DNA from: the human T2T-CHM13v2.0 reference genome, Homo sapiens | Strand: one strand, 5' to 3' | Assembly: GCF_009914755.1 (NCBI RefSeq) | Contig: NC_060928.1 | DNA: 64,000 bases | Shown here: one piece after another, positions 26,401-39,100 of the stretch | Numbering within the stretch: the stretch's first letter is position 1 | Layout of the letters: each line of letters begins with the position of its first letter | Translations under genes and position numbers: made by a program | Notes under the pieces: model-generated | What the model was told of the DNA's origin: nothing | The model's input: the letters and a program-made list of their open reading frames with translations, nothing else | Databases searched by the model: none

Positions 26401-29400
26401 TTTGATGTGTGTACTCAAGTAACAGAGTTGAACCTTCCTTTTGACACAGCAGTTTTGAAACAATCTTTTTGTAGAATCTGCAAGTGGATATTTGGATAGC
26501 TTTGAGGATTTCGTTGGAAACGGGATATCTTCATATAAAATCTAGACAGAAGCATTCTCAGAAACTTCTTTGTGCTGTATGTCCTCAATTAACAGAGTTG
26601 AACCATTGCTTGGATACAGCATTTTGGAAACATTCCTTGAGTAGAATCTGCAAGTTGATATTTAGATAGATTTGAAGATTTCGTTGGAAAAGGGAATATC
26701 TCCATATAAAATCTAGACGGAAGCATTCTCAGAAACTGCTTTGTGATGTTTCCATTCAAGTCACAGAGTTGAATATTCCCTTTTATAGAGCACGTTTGAA
26801 ACACTCTTTCTGCACTATCTGGAAGTGGACATTTCGAGCGCTTTGAGGCCTATGGTGAAAAAGGAAATATCTTCCCATAAAAATTAGACAGAAGCATTCT
26901 CAGAAACTTGTTTGTGATGTGTGTATTCAACTAACAGAGTTGAACTTTTGTTTTTACAGAGCCGTTTTAAAACACTCTTTTTGTGGAATCAGAAAGTGGA
27001 TATTCGGATGGCTCTGAGGATTTCGTTGGAAGCGGGATTACGTATAAAATCTAGAGAGAAGCATTCTCAGGAACTTCTTTGTGATGTTTGCATTGAAGTC
27101 ACAGAATTGAACATTCACTTTGATAGAGCAGGTTTGAAACACTCATTCTGTAGTATCTGGAAGTGGACATTTCAAGCGCTTTCAGGCCTATGGTGAGAAA
27201 GGAAATATCTTCGAATAAAAACTAGACAGAAGCATCCTCAGAAACTTATTTGTGATGTGTGTCCTCAACTAACAGAGTTGAAACTTTGTTTTGATACAGC
27301 ATTTTGGAAACACTCTTTTTGTAGAATCTGCAGGTGGATATTTGGATAGCTTAGAGGGATTCGTTGGAAAGGGGATATCTTCATATAAAATCTAGACAGA
27401 AGCATTCTCAGAAACTTATTTGTGATGTGTGTCCTCAACTAACAGAGTTGAACCTTGGTTTTGATACAGCATTTTGGAAACACTCCTTTTGTAGAATCTG
27501 CAGGTGGATATGTGGATAGCTCTGAAGATTTCGTTGGAAACGGGAATTTCTTCATATAAAATCAAACAGAAGCATTCTCAGAAACTTCTCAGTGATGTTT
27601 GCATTCAGCTCATGGAGTTGAACACTTCCTTTCATAGAGCCGGTTTGAAACACTCTTTCTGCACTACCTGGAAGAGGACATTTCGAGCGCTTTGAGTCCT
27701 ATGGTGAAAAAGGAAATATCTTCTCATAAAAACCAGAAAGAAGCATTCTCAGAAACTTCTTTGTGTTGTGTGTACTCATGTAACAGTGTTGAACCATCCT
27801 TTTGACAGAGCAGTTTTGAAACACTCTTTTTGTAGAATCTGCAAGTGGATATTTGGATAGCTTTGAGGATTTCGTTGGAAACGGGATGACATATAATATC
27901 TAGAGAGAAGCATTCTCAGGAACTTCTTTGTGATGTTTGCATTCAAGTCACAGAATTGAACATTCCCTTTCATAGAGCAGGTTTGAAACACTCTTTCTCT
28001 AGTATCTGGAAGTGGGCATTTCAAGCGCTTTCAGGCCTATGGAGAGAAAGGAAATACCTTCAAATAAAAACTAGACAGAAGCATTCTCAGAAACTTATTT
28101 GTGATGTGTGTCCTCAACTAACAGAGTTGAACCTTTGTTTTGATACAGCATTTTGGAAACACTCCTTTTGTAGAATCTGCAGGTGGATATTTGGATAACT
28201 TTGAAGATTTCGTTGGAAACCGGAATATCTTCATATAAAATCAAGACAGAAGCATTCTCGGAAACATCTCTGTGATGTTTGCATTCAACTCAGTAGAGTT
28301 GAACACTTCCTTTCATAGAGCCGGTTTGAAACACTCTTTCTGCACTACCTGGAAGCGGACATTTCGAGCGCTTTGAGGCCTATGGTGAAAAAGGAAATAT
28401 CTTCTCATAAAAACCAGAAAGAAGCATTCTCAGAAACTTCTTTGTGTTGTGTGTACTCAAGTAACAGTGTTGAACCTTCCTTTTGACACAGCAGTTTTGA
28501 AACACTCTTTTGGTAGAATCTGCAAGTGGATATTTGGATAGCTTTGAGGATTTCGTTGGAAACGGGTTATCTTCATATAAAATCCAGACAGGAGCATTCT
28601 CAGAAACTTCTTTGTGCTGCATGTCCTCAATTCACAGAGCTGAACCTTTGTTTGGATACAGCATTTTGGAAACATTCCTTTAGTAGAATCTGCAAGTTGA
28701 TATTTAGATAGCTTTGAAGATTTCGTTGGAAACGGGAATATCTTCATAGAAAATCTAGACGGAAGCATTCTCAGAAACTGCTTTGTGATGTTTGCATTCA
28801 AGTCACAGAGTTGAATATTCCCTTTTATAGAGTAGGTTTGAAACACTCTTTCGGCACTACCTGGAAGTGGATATTTCGAGCTCTTTGAGGCCTATGGTTA
28901 AAAGGAAATATCTTCCCATAAAAACTAGACAGAAGCCGTCTCAGAAACTTGTTTGTGATGTGTGTATTCAACTAACAGAGTTGAACATTTCTGTTACAGA
29001 GCAATTTTAAAACACTCTTTTTGTGGAATCTGAAAGTGGATAATTGGATAGCTTTGTGGATTTCGTTGGAAACGGGATGACGTATAAAATCTAGAGAGAA
29101 GCATTCTCAGGAACTTCTTTGTGATGTTTGCATTCAAGTCACAGAATTGAACATTCCTTTTCATAGTGCAGGTTTGAAACACTCTTTCTGTAGTATCTGG
29201 AAGTGGACATTTCAAGCGCTTTCAGGCCTACGGGGAGAAAGGAAATATCTTCAAATAAAAACTAGACAGAAGGATTCTCAGAAACTTATTTGTGATGTGT
29301 GTCCTAAACGAACACAGTTGAACCTTTGTTTAGATACAGCATTTTGGAAACACTCCTTTTGTAGGATCTGCAGGTGGATATTTGGATAGATTTTAAGATT

Positions 29401-30126
29401 TCGTTGGAAACGGGAGTTTCTTCATAGAAACTCAAGACAGATGCATTCTCAGAAACATCTCTGTGATGTTTGCATTCCACTCATAGAGTTGAAAACTTCC
29501 TTTCATAGAGCAGGTTTGAAACACTCTTTTTGTAGTATTTGGAAGTGGACATTTGCAGCGCTTTGAGGCCTATGGTGAAAAAGGAAATATCTTCTCATTA
29601 AAACCAGAAACAAGCATTCTCAGAAACTTCATTTTGATGTGTGTACTCAAGTAACAGAGTTGAACCTTCCTTTTGACACAGCAGTTTTGAAACAATCTTT
29701 TTGTAGAATCTGCAAGTGGATATTTGGATAGCTTTGAGGATTTCGTTGGAAACGGGATATCTTCATATAAAATCTAGACAGAAGCATTCTCAGAAACTTC
29801 TTTGTGCTGTATGTCCTCAATTAACAGAGTTGAACCATTGCTTGGATACAGCATTTTGGAAACATTCCTTTAGTAGTATCTGCAAGTTGATATTTAGATA
29901 GATTTGAAGATTTCGTTGGAAAAGGGAATATCTCCATATAAAATCTAGACGGAAGCATTCTCAGAAACTGCTTTGTGATGTTTCCATTCAAGTCACAGAG
30001 TTGAATATTCCCTTTTATAGAGCACGTTTGAAACACTCTTTCTGCACTATCTGGAAGTGGACATTTCGAGCGCTTTGAGGCCTATGGTGAAAAAGGAAAT
30101 ATCTTCCCATAAAAATTAGACAGAAG
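20431..30126 (+). repeat. Three canonical 19-mer HORs (starts 20431, 23663, 26895)
   Basis: Marker ORF at 20457, 23689, 26921 and 30153 (3232-bp spacing). Confidence 0.97.
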
Positions 30127-33100
30127 CATTCTCAGAAACTTGTTTGTGATGTGTGTATTCAACTAACAGAGTTGAACTTTTGTTTTTACAGAGCCGTTTT
30201 AAAACACTCTTTTTGTGGAATCAGAAAGTGGATATTCGGATGGCTCTGAGGATTTCGTTGGAAGCGGGATTACATATAAAATCTAGAGAGAAGCATTCTC
30301 AGGAACTTCTTTGTGATGTTTGCATTGAAGTCACAGAATTGAACATTCACTTTGATAGAGCAGGTTTGAAACACTCATTCTGTAGTATCTGGAAGTGGAC
30401 ATTTCAAGCGCTTTCAGGCCTATGGTGAAAAAGGAAATATCTTCGAATAAAAACTAGACAGAAGCATCCTCAGAAACTTATTTGTGATGTGTGTCCTCAA
30501 CTAACAGAGTTGAAACTTTGTTTTGATACAGCATTTTGGAAACACTCCTTTTGTAGAATCTGCAGGTGGATATGTGGATAGCTCTGAAGATTTCGTTGGA
30601 AACGGGAATTTCTTCATATAAAATCAAACAGAAGCATTCTCAGAAACTTCTCAGTGATGTTTGCATTCAGCTCATGGAGTTGAACACTTCCTTTCATAGA
30701 GCCGGTTTGAAACACTCTTTCTGCACTACCTGGAAGAGGCCATTTCGAGCGCTTTGAGTCCTATGGTGAAAAAGGAAATATCTTCTCATAAAAACCAGAA
30801 AGAAGCATTCTCAGAAACTTCTTTGTGTTGTGTGTACTCATGTAACAGTGTTGAACCATCCTTTTGACAGAGCAGTTTTGAAACACTCTTTTTGTAGAAT
30901 CTGCAAGTGGATATTTGGATAGCTTTGAGGATTTCGTTGGAAACGGGATGACATATAATATCTAGAGAGAAGCATTCTCAGGAACTTCTTTGTGCTGTTT
31001 GCATTCAAGTCACAGAATTGAACATTCCCTTTCATAGAGCAGATTTGAAACACTCTTTCTCTAGTATCTGGAAGTGGGCATTTCAAGCGCTTTCAGGCCT
31101 ATTGAGAGAAAGGAAATACCTTCAAATAAAAACTAGACAGAAGCATTCTCAGAAACTTATTTGTGATGTGTGTCCTCAACTAACAGAGTTGAACCTTTGT
31201 TTTGATACAGCATTTTGGAAACACTCCTTTTGTAGAATCTGCAGGTGGATATTTGGATAGCTTTGAAGATTTCGTTGGAAACCGGAATATCTTCATATAA
31301 AATCAAGACAGAAGCATTCTCGGAAACATCTCTGTGATGTTTGCATTCAACTCAGTAGAGTTGAACACTTCCTTTCATAGAGCCGGTTTGAAACACTCTT
31401 TCTGCACTACCTGGAAGCGGACATTTCGAGCGCTTTGAGGCCTATGGTGAAAAAGGAAATATCTTCTCATAAAAACCAGAAAGAAGCATTCTCAGAAACT
31501 TCTTTGTGTTGTGTGTACTCAAGTAACAGTGTTGAACCTTCCTGTTGACACAGCAGTTTTGAAACACTCTTTTGGTAGAATCTGCAAGTGGATATTTGGA
31601 TAGCTTTGAGGATTTCGTTGGAAACGGGTTATCTTCATATAAAATCCAGACAGGAGCATTCTCAGAAACTTCTTTGTGCTGCATGTCCTCAATTCACAGA
31701 GCTGAACCTTTGTTTGGATACAGCATTTTGGAAACATTCCTTTAGTAGAATCTGCAAGTTGATATTTAGATAGCTTTGAAGATTTCGTTGGAAACGGGAA
31801 TATCTTCATAGAAAATCTAGACGGAAGCATTCTCAGAAACTGCTTTGTGATGTTTGCATTCAAGTCACAGAGTTGAATATTCCCTTTTATAGAGTAGGTT
31901 TGAAACACTCTTTCGGCACTACCTGGAAGTGGATATTTCGAGCTCTTTGAGGCCTATGGTTAAAAGGAAATATCTTCCCATAAAAACTAGACAGAAGCCG
32001 TCTCAGAAACTTGTTTGTGATGTGTGTATTCAACTAACAGAGTTGAACATTTCTGTTACAGAGCAATTTTAAAACACTCTTTTTGTGGAATCTGAAAGTG
32101 GATAATTGGATAGCTTTGTGGATTTCGTTGGAAACGGGATGACGTATAAAATCTAGAGAGAAGCATTCTCAGGAACTTCTTTCTGATGTTTGCATTCAAG
32201 TCACAGAATTGAACATTCCTTTTCATAGTGCAGGTTTGAAACACTCTTTCTGTAGTATCTGGAAGTGGACATTTCAAGCGCTTTCAGGCCTACGGGGAGA
32301 AAGGAAATATCTTCAAATAAAAACTAGACAGAAGGATTCTCAGAAACTTATTTGTGATGTGTGTCCTAAACGAACACAGTTGAACCTTTGTTTAGATACA
32401 GCATTTTGGAAACACTCCTTTTGTAGGATCTGCAGGTGGATATTTGGATAGATTTTAAGATTTCGTTGGAAACGGGAGTTTCTTCATAGAAACTCAAGAC
32501 AGATGCATTCTCAGAAACATCTCTGTGATGTTTGCATTCCACTCATAGAGTTGAAAACTTCCTTTCATAGAGCAGGTTTGAAACACTCTTTTTGTAATAT
32601 TTGGAAGTGGAGATTTGCAGCGCTTTGAGGCCTATGGTGAAAAAGGAAATATCTTCTCATAAAAACCAGAAACAAGCATTCTCAGAAACTTCTTTTTGAT
32701 GTGTGTACTCAAGTAACAGAGTTGAACCTTCCTTTTGACACAGCAGTTTTGAAACAATCTTTTTGTAGAATCTGCAAGTGGATATTTGGATAGCTTTGAG
32801 GATTTCGTTGGAAACGGGATATCTTCATATAAAATCTAGACAGAAGCATTCTCAGAAACTTCTTTGTGCTGTATGTCCTCAATTAACAGAGTTGAACCAT
32901 TGCTTGGATACAGCATTTTGGAAACATTCCTTGAGTAGAATCTGCAAGTTGATATTTAGATAGATTTGAAGATTTCGTTGGAAAAGGGAATATCTCCATA
33001 TAAAATCTAGACGGAAGCATTCTCAGAAACTGCTTTGTGATGTTTCCATTCAAGTCACAGAGTTGAATATTCCCTTTTATAGAGCACGTTTGAAACACTC

Positions 33101-33188
33101 TTTCTGCACTATCTGGAAGTGGACATTTCGAGCGCTTTGAGGCCTATGGTGAAAAAGGAAATATCTTCCCATAAAAATTAGACAGAAG
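30127..33188 (+). repeat. 18-mer HOR variant (3062 bp; m1, m2, m3/m4 hybrid, m5-m19)
   Basis: Spacing 30153 to 33215 is 3062 bp (3232-170). It carries the m3/m4 hybrid and continues from m7 into m8. Confidence 0.95.
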
Positions 33189-36100
33189 CATTCTCAGAAA
33201 CTTGTTTGTGATGTGTGTATTCAACTAACAGAGTTGAACTTTTGTTTTTACAGAGCCGTTTTAAAACACTCTTTTTGTGGAATCAGAAAGTGGATATTCG
33301 GATGGCTCTGAGGATTTCGTTGGAAGCGGGATTACATATAAAATCTAGAGAGAAGCATTCTCAGGAACTTCTTTGTGATGTTTGCATTGAAGTCACAGAA
33401 TTGAACATTCACTTTGATAGAGCAGGTTTGAAACACTCATTCTGTAGTATCTGGAAGTGGACATTTCAAGCGCTTTCAGGCCTATGGTGAAAAAGGAAAT
33501 ATCTTCGAATAAAAACTAGACAGAAGCATCCTCAGAAACTTATTTGTGATGTGTGTCCTCAACTAACAGAGTTGAAACTTTGTTTTGATACAGCATTTTG
33601 GAAACACTCCTTTTGTAGAATCTGCAGGTGGATATGTGGATAGCTCTGAAGATTTCGTTGGAAACGGGAATTTCTTCATATAAAATCAAACAGAAGCATT
33701 CTCAGAAACTTCTCAGTGATGTTTGCATTCAGCTCATGGAGTTGAACACTTCCTTTCATAGAGCCGGTTTGAAACACTCTTTCTGCACTACCTGGAAGAG
33801 GCCATTTCGAGCGCTTTGAGTCCTATGGTGAAAAAGGAAATATCTTCTCATAAAAACCAGAAAGAAGCATTCTCAGAAACTTCTTTGTGTTGTGTGTACT
33901 CATGTAAAAGTGTTGAACCATCCTTTTGACAGAGCAGTTTTGAAACACTCTTTTTGTAGAATCTGCAAGTGGATATTTGGATAGCTTTGAGGATTTCGTT
34001 GGAAACGGGATGACATATAATATCTAGAGAGAAGCATTCTCAGGAACTTCTTTGTGCTGTTTGCATTCAAGTCACAGAATTGAACATTCCCTTTCATAGA
34101 GCAGATTTGAAACACTCTTTCTCTAGTATCTGGAAGTGGGCATTTCAAGCGCTTTCAGGCCTATTGAGAGAAAGGAAATACCTTCAAATAAAAACTAGAC
34201 AGAAGCATTCTCAGAAACTTGTTTGTGATGTGTGTATTCAACTAACAGAGTTGAACTTTTGTTTTTACAGAGCCGTTTTAAAACACTCTTTTTGTGGAAT
34301 CAGAAAGTGGATATTCGGATGGCTCTGAGGATTTCGTTGGAAGCGGGATTACGTATAAAATCTAGAGAGAAGCATTCTCAGGAACTTCTTTGTGATGTTT
34401 GCATTGAAGTCACAGAATTGAACATTCACTTTGATAGAGCAGGTTTGAAACACTCATTCTGTAGTATCTGGAAGTGGACATTTCAAGCGCTTTCAGGCCT
34501 ATGGTGAGAAAGGAAATATCTTCGAATAAAAACTAGACAGAAGCATCCTCAGAAACTTATTTGTGATGTGTGTCCTCAACTAACAGAGTTGAAACTTTGT
34601 TTTGATACAGCATTTTGGAAACACTCTTTTTGTAGAATCTGCAGGTGGATATTTGGATAGCTTAGAGGGATTCGTTGGAAAGGGGATATCTTCATATAAA
34701 ATCTAGACAGAAGCATTCTCAGAAACTTATTTGTGATGTGTGTCCTCAACTAACAGAGTTGAACCTTGGTTTTGATACAGCATTTTGGAAACACTCCTTT
34801 TGTAGAATCTGCAGGTGGATATGTGGATAGCTCTGAAGATTTCGTTGGAAACGGGAATTTCTTCATATAAAATCAAACAGAAGCATTCTCAGAAACTTCT
34901 CAGTGATGTTTGCATTCAGCTCATGGAGTTGAACACTTCCTTTCATAGAGCCGGTTTGAAACACTCTTTCTGCACTACCTGGAAGAGGACATTTCGAGCG
35001 CTTTGAGTCCTATGGTGAAAAAGGAAATATCTTCTCATAAAAACCAGAAAGAAGCATTCTCAGAAACTTCTTTGTGTTGTGTGTACTCATGTAACAGTGT
35101 TGAACCATCCTTTTGACAGAGCAGTTTTGAAACACTCTTTTTGTAGAATCTGCAAGTGGATATTTGGATAGCTTTGAGGATTTCGTTGGAAACGGGATGA
35201 CATATAATATCTAGAGAGAAGCATTCTCAGGAACTTCTTTGTGATGTTTGCATTCAAGTCACAGAATTGAACATTCCCTTTCATAGAGCAGGTTTGAAAC
35301 ACTCTTTCTCTAGTATCTGGAAGTGGGCATTTCAAGCGCTTTCAGGCCTATGGAGAGAAAGGAAATACCTTCAAATAAAAACTAGACAGAAGCATTCTCA
35401 GAAACTTATTTGTGATGTGTGTCCTCAACTAACAGAGTTGAACCTTTGTTTTGATACAGCATTTTGGAAACACTCCTTTTGTAGAATCTGCAGGTGGATA
35501 TTTGGATAACTTTGAAGATTTCGTTGGAAACCGGAATATCTTCATATAAAATCAAGACAGAAGCATTCTCGGAAACATCTCTGTGATGTTTGCATTCAAC
35601 TCAGTAGAGTTGAACACTTCCTTTCATAGAGCCGGTTTGAAACACTCTTTCTGCACTACCTGGAAGCGGACATTTCGAGCGCTTTGAGGCCTATGGTGAA
35701 AAAGGAAATATCTTCTCATAAAAACCAGAAAGAAGCATTCTCAGAAACTTCTTTGTGTTGTGTGTACTCAAGTAACAGTGTTGAACCTTCCTTTTGACAC
35801 AGCAGTTTTGAAACACTCTTTTGGTAGAATCTGCAAGTGGATATTTGGATAGCTTTGAGGATTTCGTTGGAAACGGGTTATCTTCATATAAAATCCAGAC
35901 AGGAGCATTCTCAGAAACTTCTTTGTGCTGCATGTCCTCAATTCACAGAGCTGAACCTTTGTTTGGATACAGCATTTTGGAAACATTCCTTTAGTAGAAT
36001 CTGCAAGTTGATATTTAGATAGCTTTGAAGATTTCGTTGGAAACGGGAATATCTTCATAGAAAATCTAGACGGAAGCATTCTCAGAAACTGCTTTGTGAT

Positions 36101-39100
36101 GTTTGCATTCAAGTCACAGAGTTGAATATTCCCTTTTATAGAGTAGGTTTGAAACACTCTTTCGGCACTACCTGGAAGTGGATATTTCGAGCTCTTTGAG
36201 GCCTATGGTTAAAAGGAAATATCTTCCCATAAAAACTAGACAGAAGCCGTCTCAGAAACTTGTTTGTGATGTGTGTATTCAACTAACAGAGTTGAACATT
36301 TCTGTTACAGAGCAATTTTAAAACACTCTTTTTGTGGAATCTGAAAGTGGATAATTGGATAGCTTTGTGGATTTCGTTGGAAACGGGATGACGTATAAAA
36401 TCTAGAGAGAAGCATTCTCAGGAACTTCTTTGTGATGTTTGCATTCAAGTCACAGAATTGAACATTCCTTTTCATAGTGCAGGTTTGAAACACTCTTTCT
36501 GTAGTATCTGGAAGTGGACATTTCAAGCGCTTTCAGGCCTACGGGGAGAAAGGAAATATCTTCAAATAAAAACTAGACAGAAGGATTCTCAGAAACTTAT
36601 TTGTGATGTGTGTCCTAAACGAACACAGTTGAACCTTTGTTTAGATACAGCATTTTGGAAACACTCCTTTTGTAGGATCTGCAGGTGGATATTTGGATAG
36701 ATTTTAAGATTTCGTTGGAAACGGGAGTTTCTTCATAGAAACTCAAGACAGATGCATTCTCAGAAACATCTCTGTGATGTTTGCATTCCACTCATAGAGT
36801 TGAAAACTTCCTTTCATAGAGCAGGTTTGAAACACTCTTTTTGTAATATTTGGAAGTGGACATTTGCAGCGCTTTGAGGCCTATGGTGAAAAAGGAAATA
36901 TCTTCTCATAAAAACCAGAAACAAGCATTCTCAGAAACTTCTTTTTGATGTGTGTACTCAAGTAACAGAGTTGAACCTTCCTTTTGACACAGCAGTTTTG
37001 AAACAATCTTTTTGTAGAATCTGCAAGTGGATATTTGGATAGCTTTGAGGATTTCGTTGGAAACGGGATATCTTCATATAAAATCTAGACAGAAGCATTC
37101 TCAGAAACTTCTTTGTGCTGTATGTCCTCAATTAACAGAGTTGAACCATTGCTTGGATACAGCATTTTGGAAACATTCCTTGAGTAGAATCTGCAAGTTG
37201 ATATTTAGATAGATTTGAAGATTTCGTTGGAAAAGGGAATATCTCCATATAAAATCTAGACGGAAGCATTCTCAGAAACTGCTTTGTGATGTTTCCATTC
37301 AAGTCACAGAGTTGAATATTCCCTTTTATAGAGCACGTTTGAAACACTCTTTCTGCACTATCTGGAAGTGGACATTTCGAGCGCTTTGAGGCCTATGGTG
37401 AAAAAGGAAATATCTTCCCATAAAAATTAGACAGAAGCATTCTCAGAAACTTGTTTGTGATGTGTGTATTCAACTAACAGAGTTGAACTTTTGTTTTTAC
37501 AGAGCCGTTTTAAAACACTCTTTTTGTGGAATCAGAAAGTGGATATTCGGATGGCTCTGAGGATTTCGTTGGAAGCGGGATTACATATAAAATCTAGAGA
37601 GAAGCATTCTCAGGAACTTCTTTGTGATGTTTGCATTGAAGTCACAGAATTGAACATTCACTTTGATAGAGCAGGTTTGAAACACTCATTCTGTAGTATC
37701 TGGAAGTGGACATTTCAAGCGCTTTCAGGCCTATGGTGAAAAAGGAAATATCTTCGAATAAAAACTAGACAGAAGCATCCTCAGAAACTTATTTGTGATG
37801 TGTGTCCTCAACTAACAGAGTTGAAACTTTGTTTTGATACAGCATTTTGGAAACACTCCTTTTGTAGAATCTGCAGGTGGATATGTGGATAGCTCTGAAG
37901 ATTTCGTTGGAAACGGGAATTTCTTCATATAAAATCAAACAGAAGCATTCTCAGAAACTTCTCAGTGATGTTTGCATTCAGCTCATGGAGTTGAACACTT
38001 CCTTTCATAGAGCCGGTTTGAAACACTCTTTCTGCACTACCTGGAAGAGGCCATTTCGAGCGCTTTGAGTCCTATGGTGAAAAAGGAAATATCTTCTCAT
38101 AAAAACCAGAAAGAAGCATTCTCAGAAACTTCTTTGTGTTGTGTGTACTCATGTAAAAGTGTTGAACCATCCTTTTGACAGAGCAGTTTTGAAACACTCT
38201 TTTTGTAGAATCTGCAAGTGGATATTTGGATAGCTTTGAGGATTTCGTTGGAAACGGGATGACATATAATATCTAGAGAGAAGCATTCTCAGGAACTTCT
38301 TTGTGCTGTTTGCATTCAAGTCACAGAATTGAACATTCCCTTTCATAGAGCAGATTTGAAACACTCTTTCTCTAGTATCTGGAAGTGGGCATTTCAAGCG
38401 CTTTCAGGCCTATTGAGAGAAAGGAAATACCTTCAAATAAAAACTAGACAGAAGCATTCTCAGAAACTTGTTTGTGATGTGTGTATTCAACTAACAGAGT
38501 TGAACTTTTGTTTTTACAGAGCCGTTTTAAAACACTCTTTTTGTGGAATCAGAAAGTGGATATTCGGATGGCTCTGAGGATTTCGTTGGAAGCGGGATTA
38601 CGTATAAAATCTAGAGAGAAGCATTCTCAGGAACTTCTTTGTGATGTTTGCATTGAAGTCACAGAATTGAACATTCACTTTGATAGAGCAGGTTTGAAAC
38701 ACTCATTCTGTAGTATCTGGAAGTGGACATTTCAAGCGCTTTCAGGCCTATGGTGAGAAAGGAAATATCTTCGAATAAAAACTAGACAGAAGCATCCTCA
38801 GAAACTTATTTGTGATGTGTGTCCTCAACTAACAGAGTTGAAACTTTGTTTTGATACAGCATTTTGGAAACACTCTTTTTGTAGAATCTGCAGGTGGATA
38901 TTTGGATAGCTTAGAGGGATTCGTTGGAAAGGGGATATCTTCATATAAAATCTAGACAGAAGCATTCTCAGAAACTTATTTGTGATGTGTGTCCTCAACT
39001 AACAGAGTTGAACCTTGGTTTTGATACAGCATTTTGGAAACACTCCTTTTGTAGAATCTGCAGGTGGATATGTGGATAGCTCTGAAGATTTCGTTGGAAA

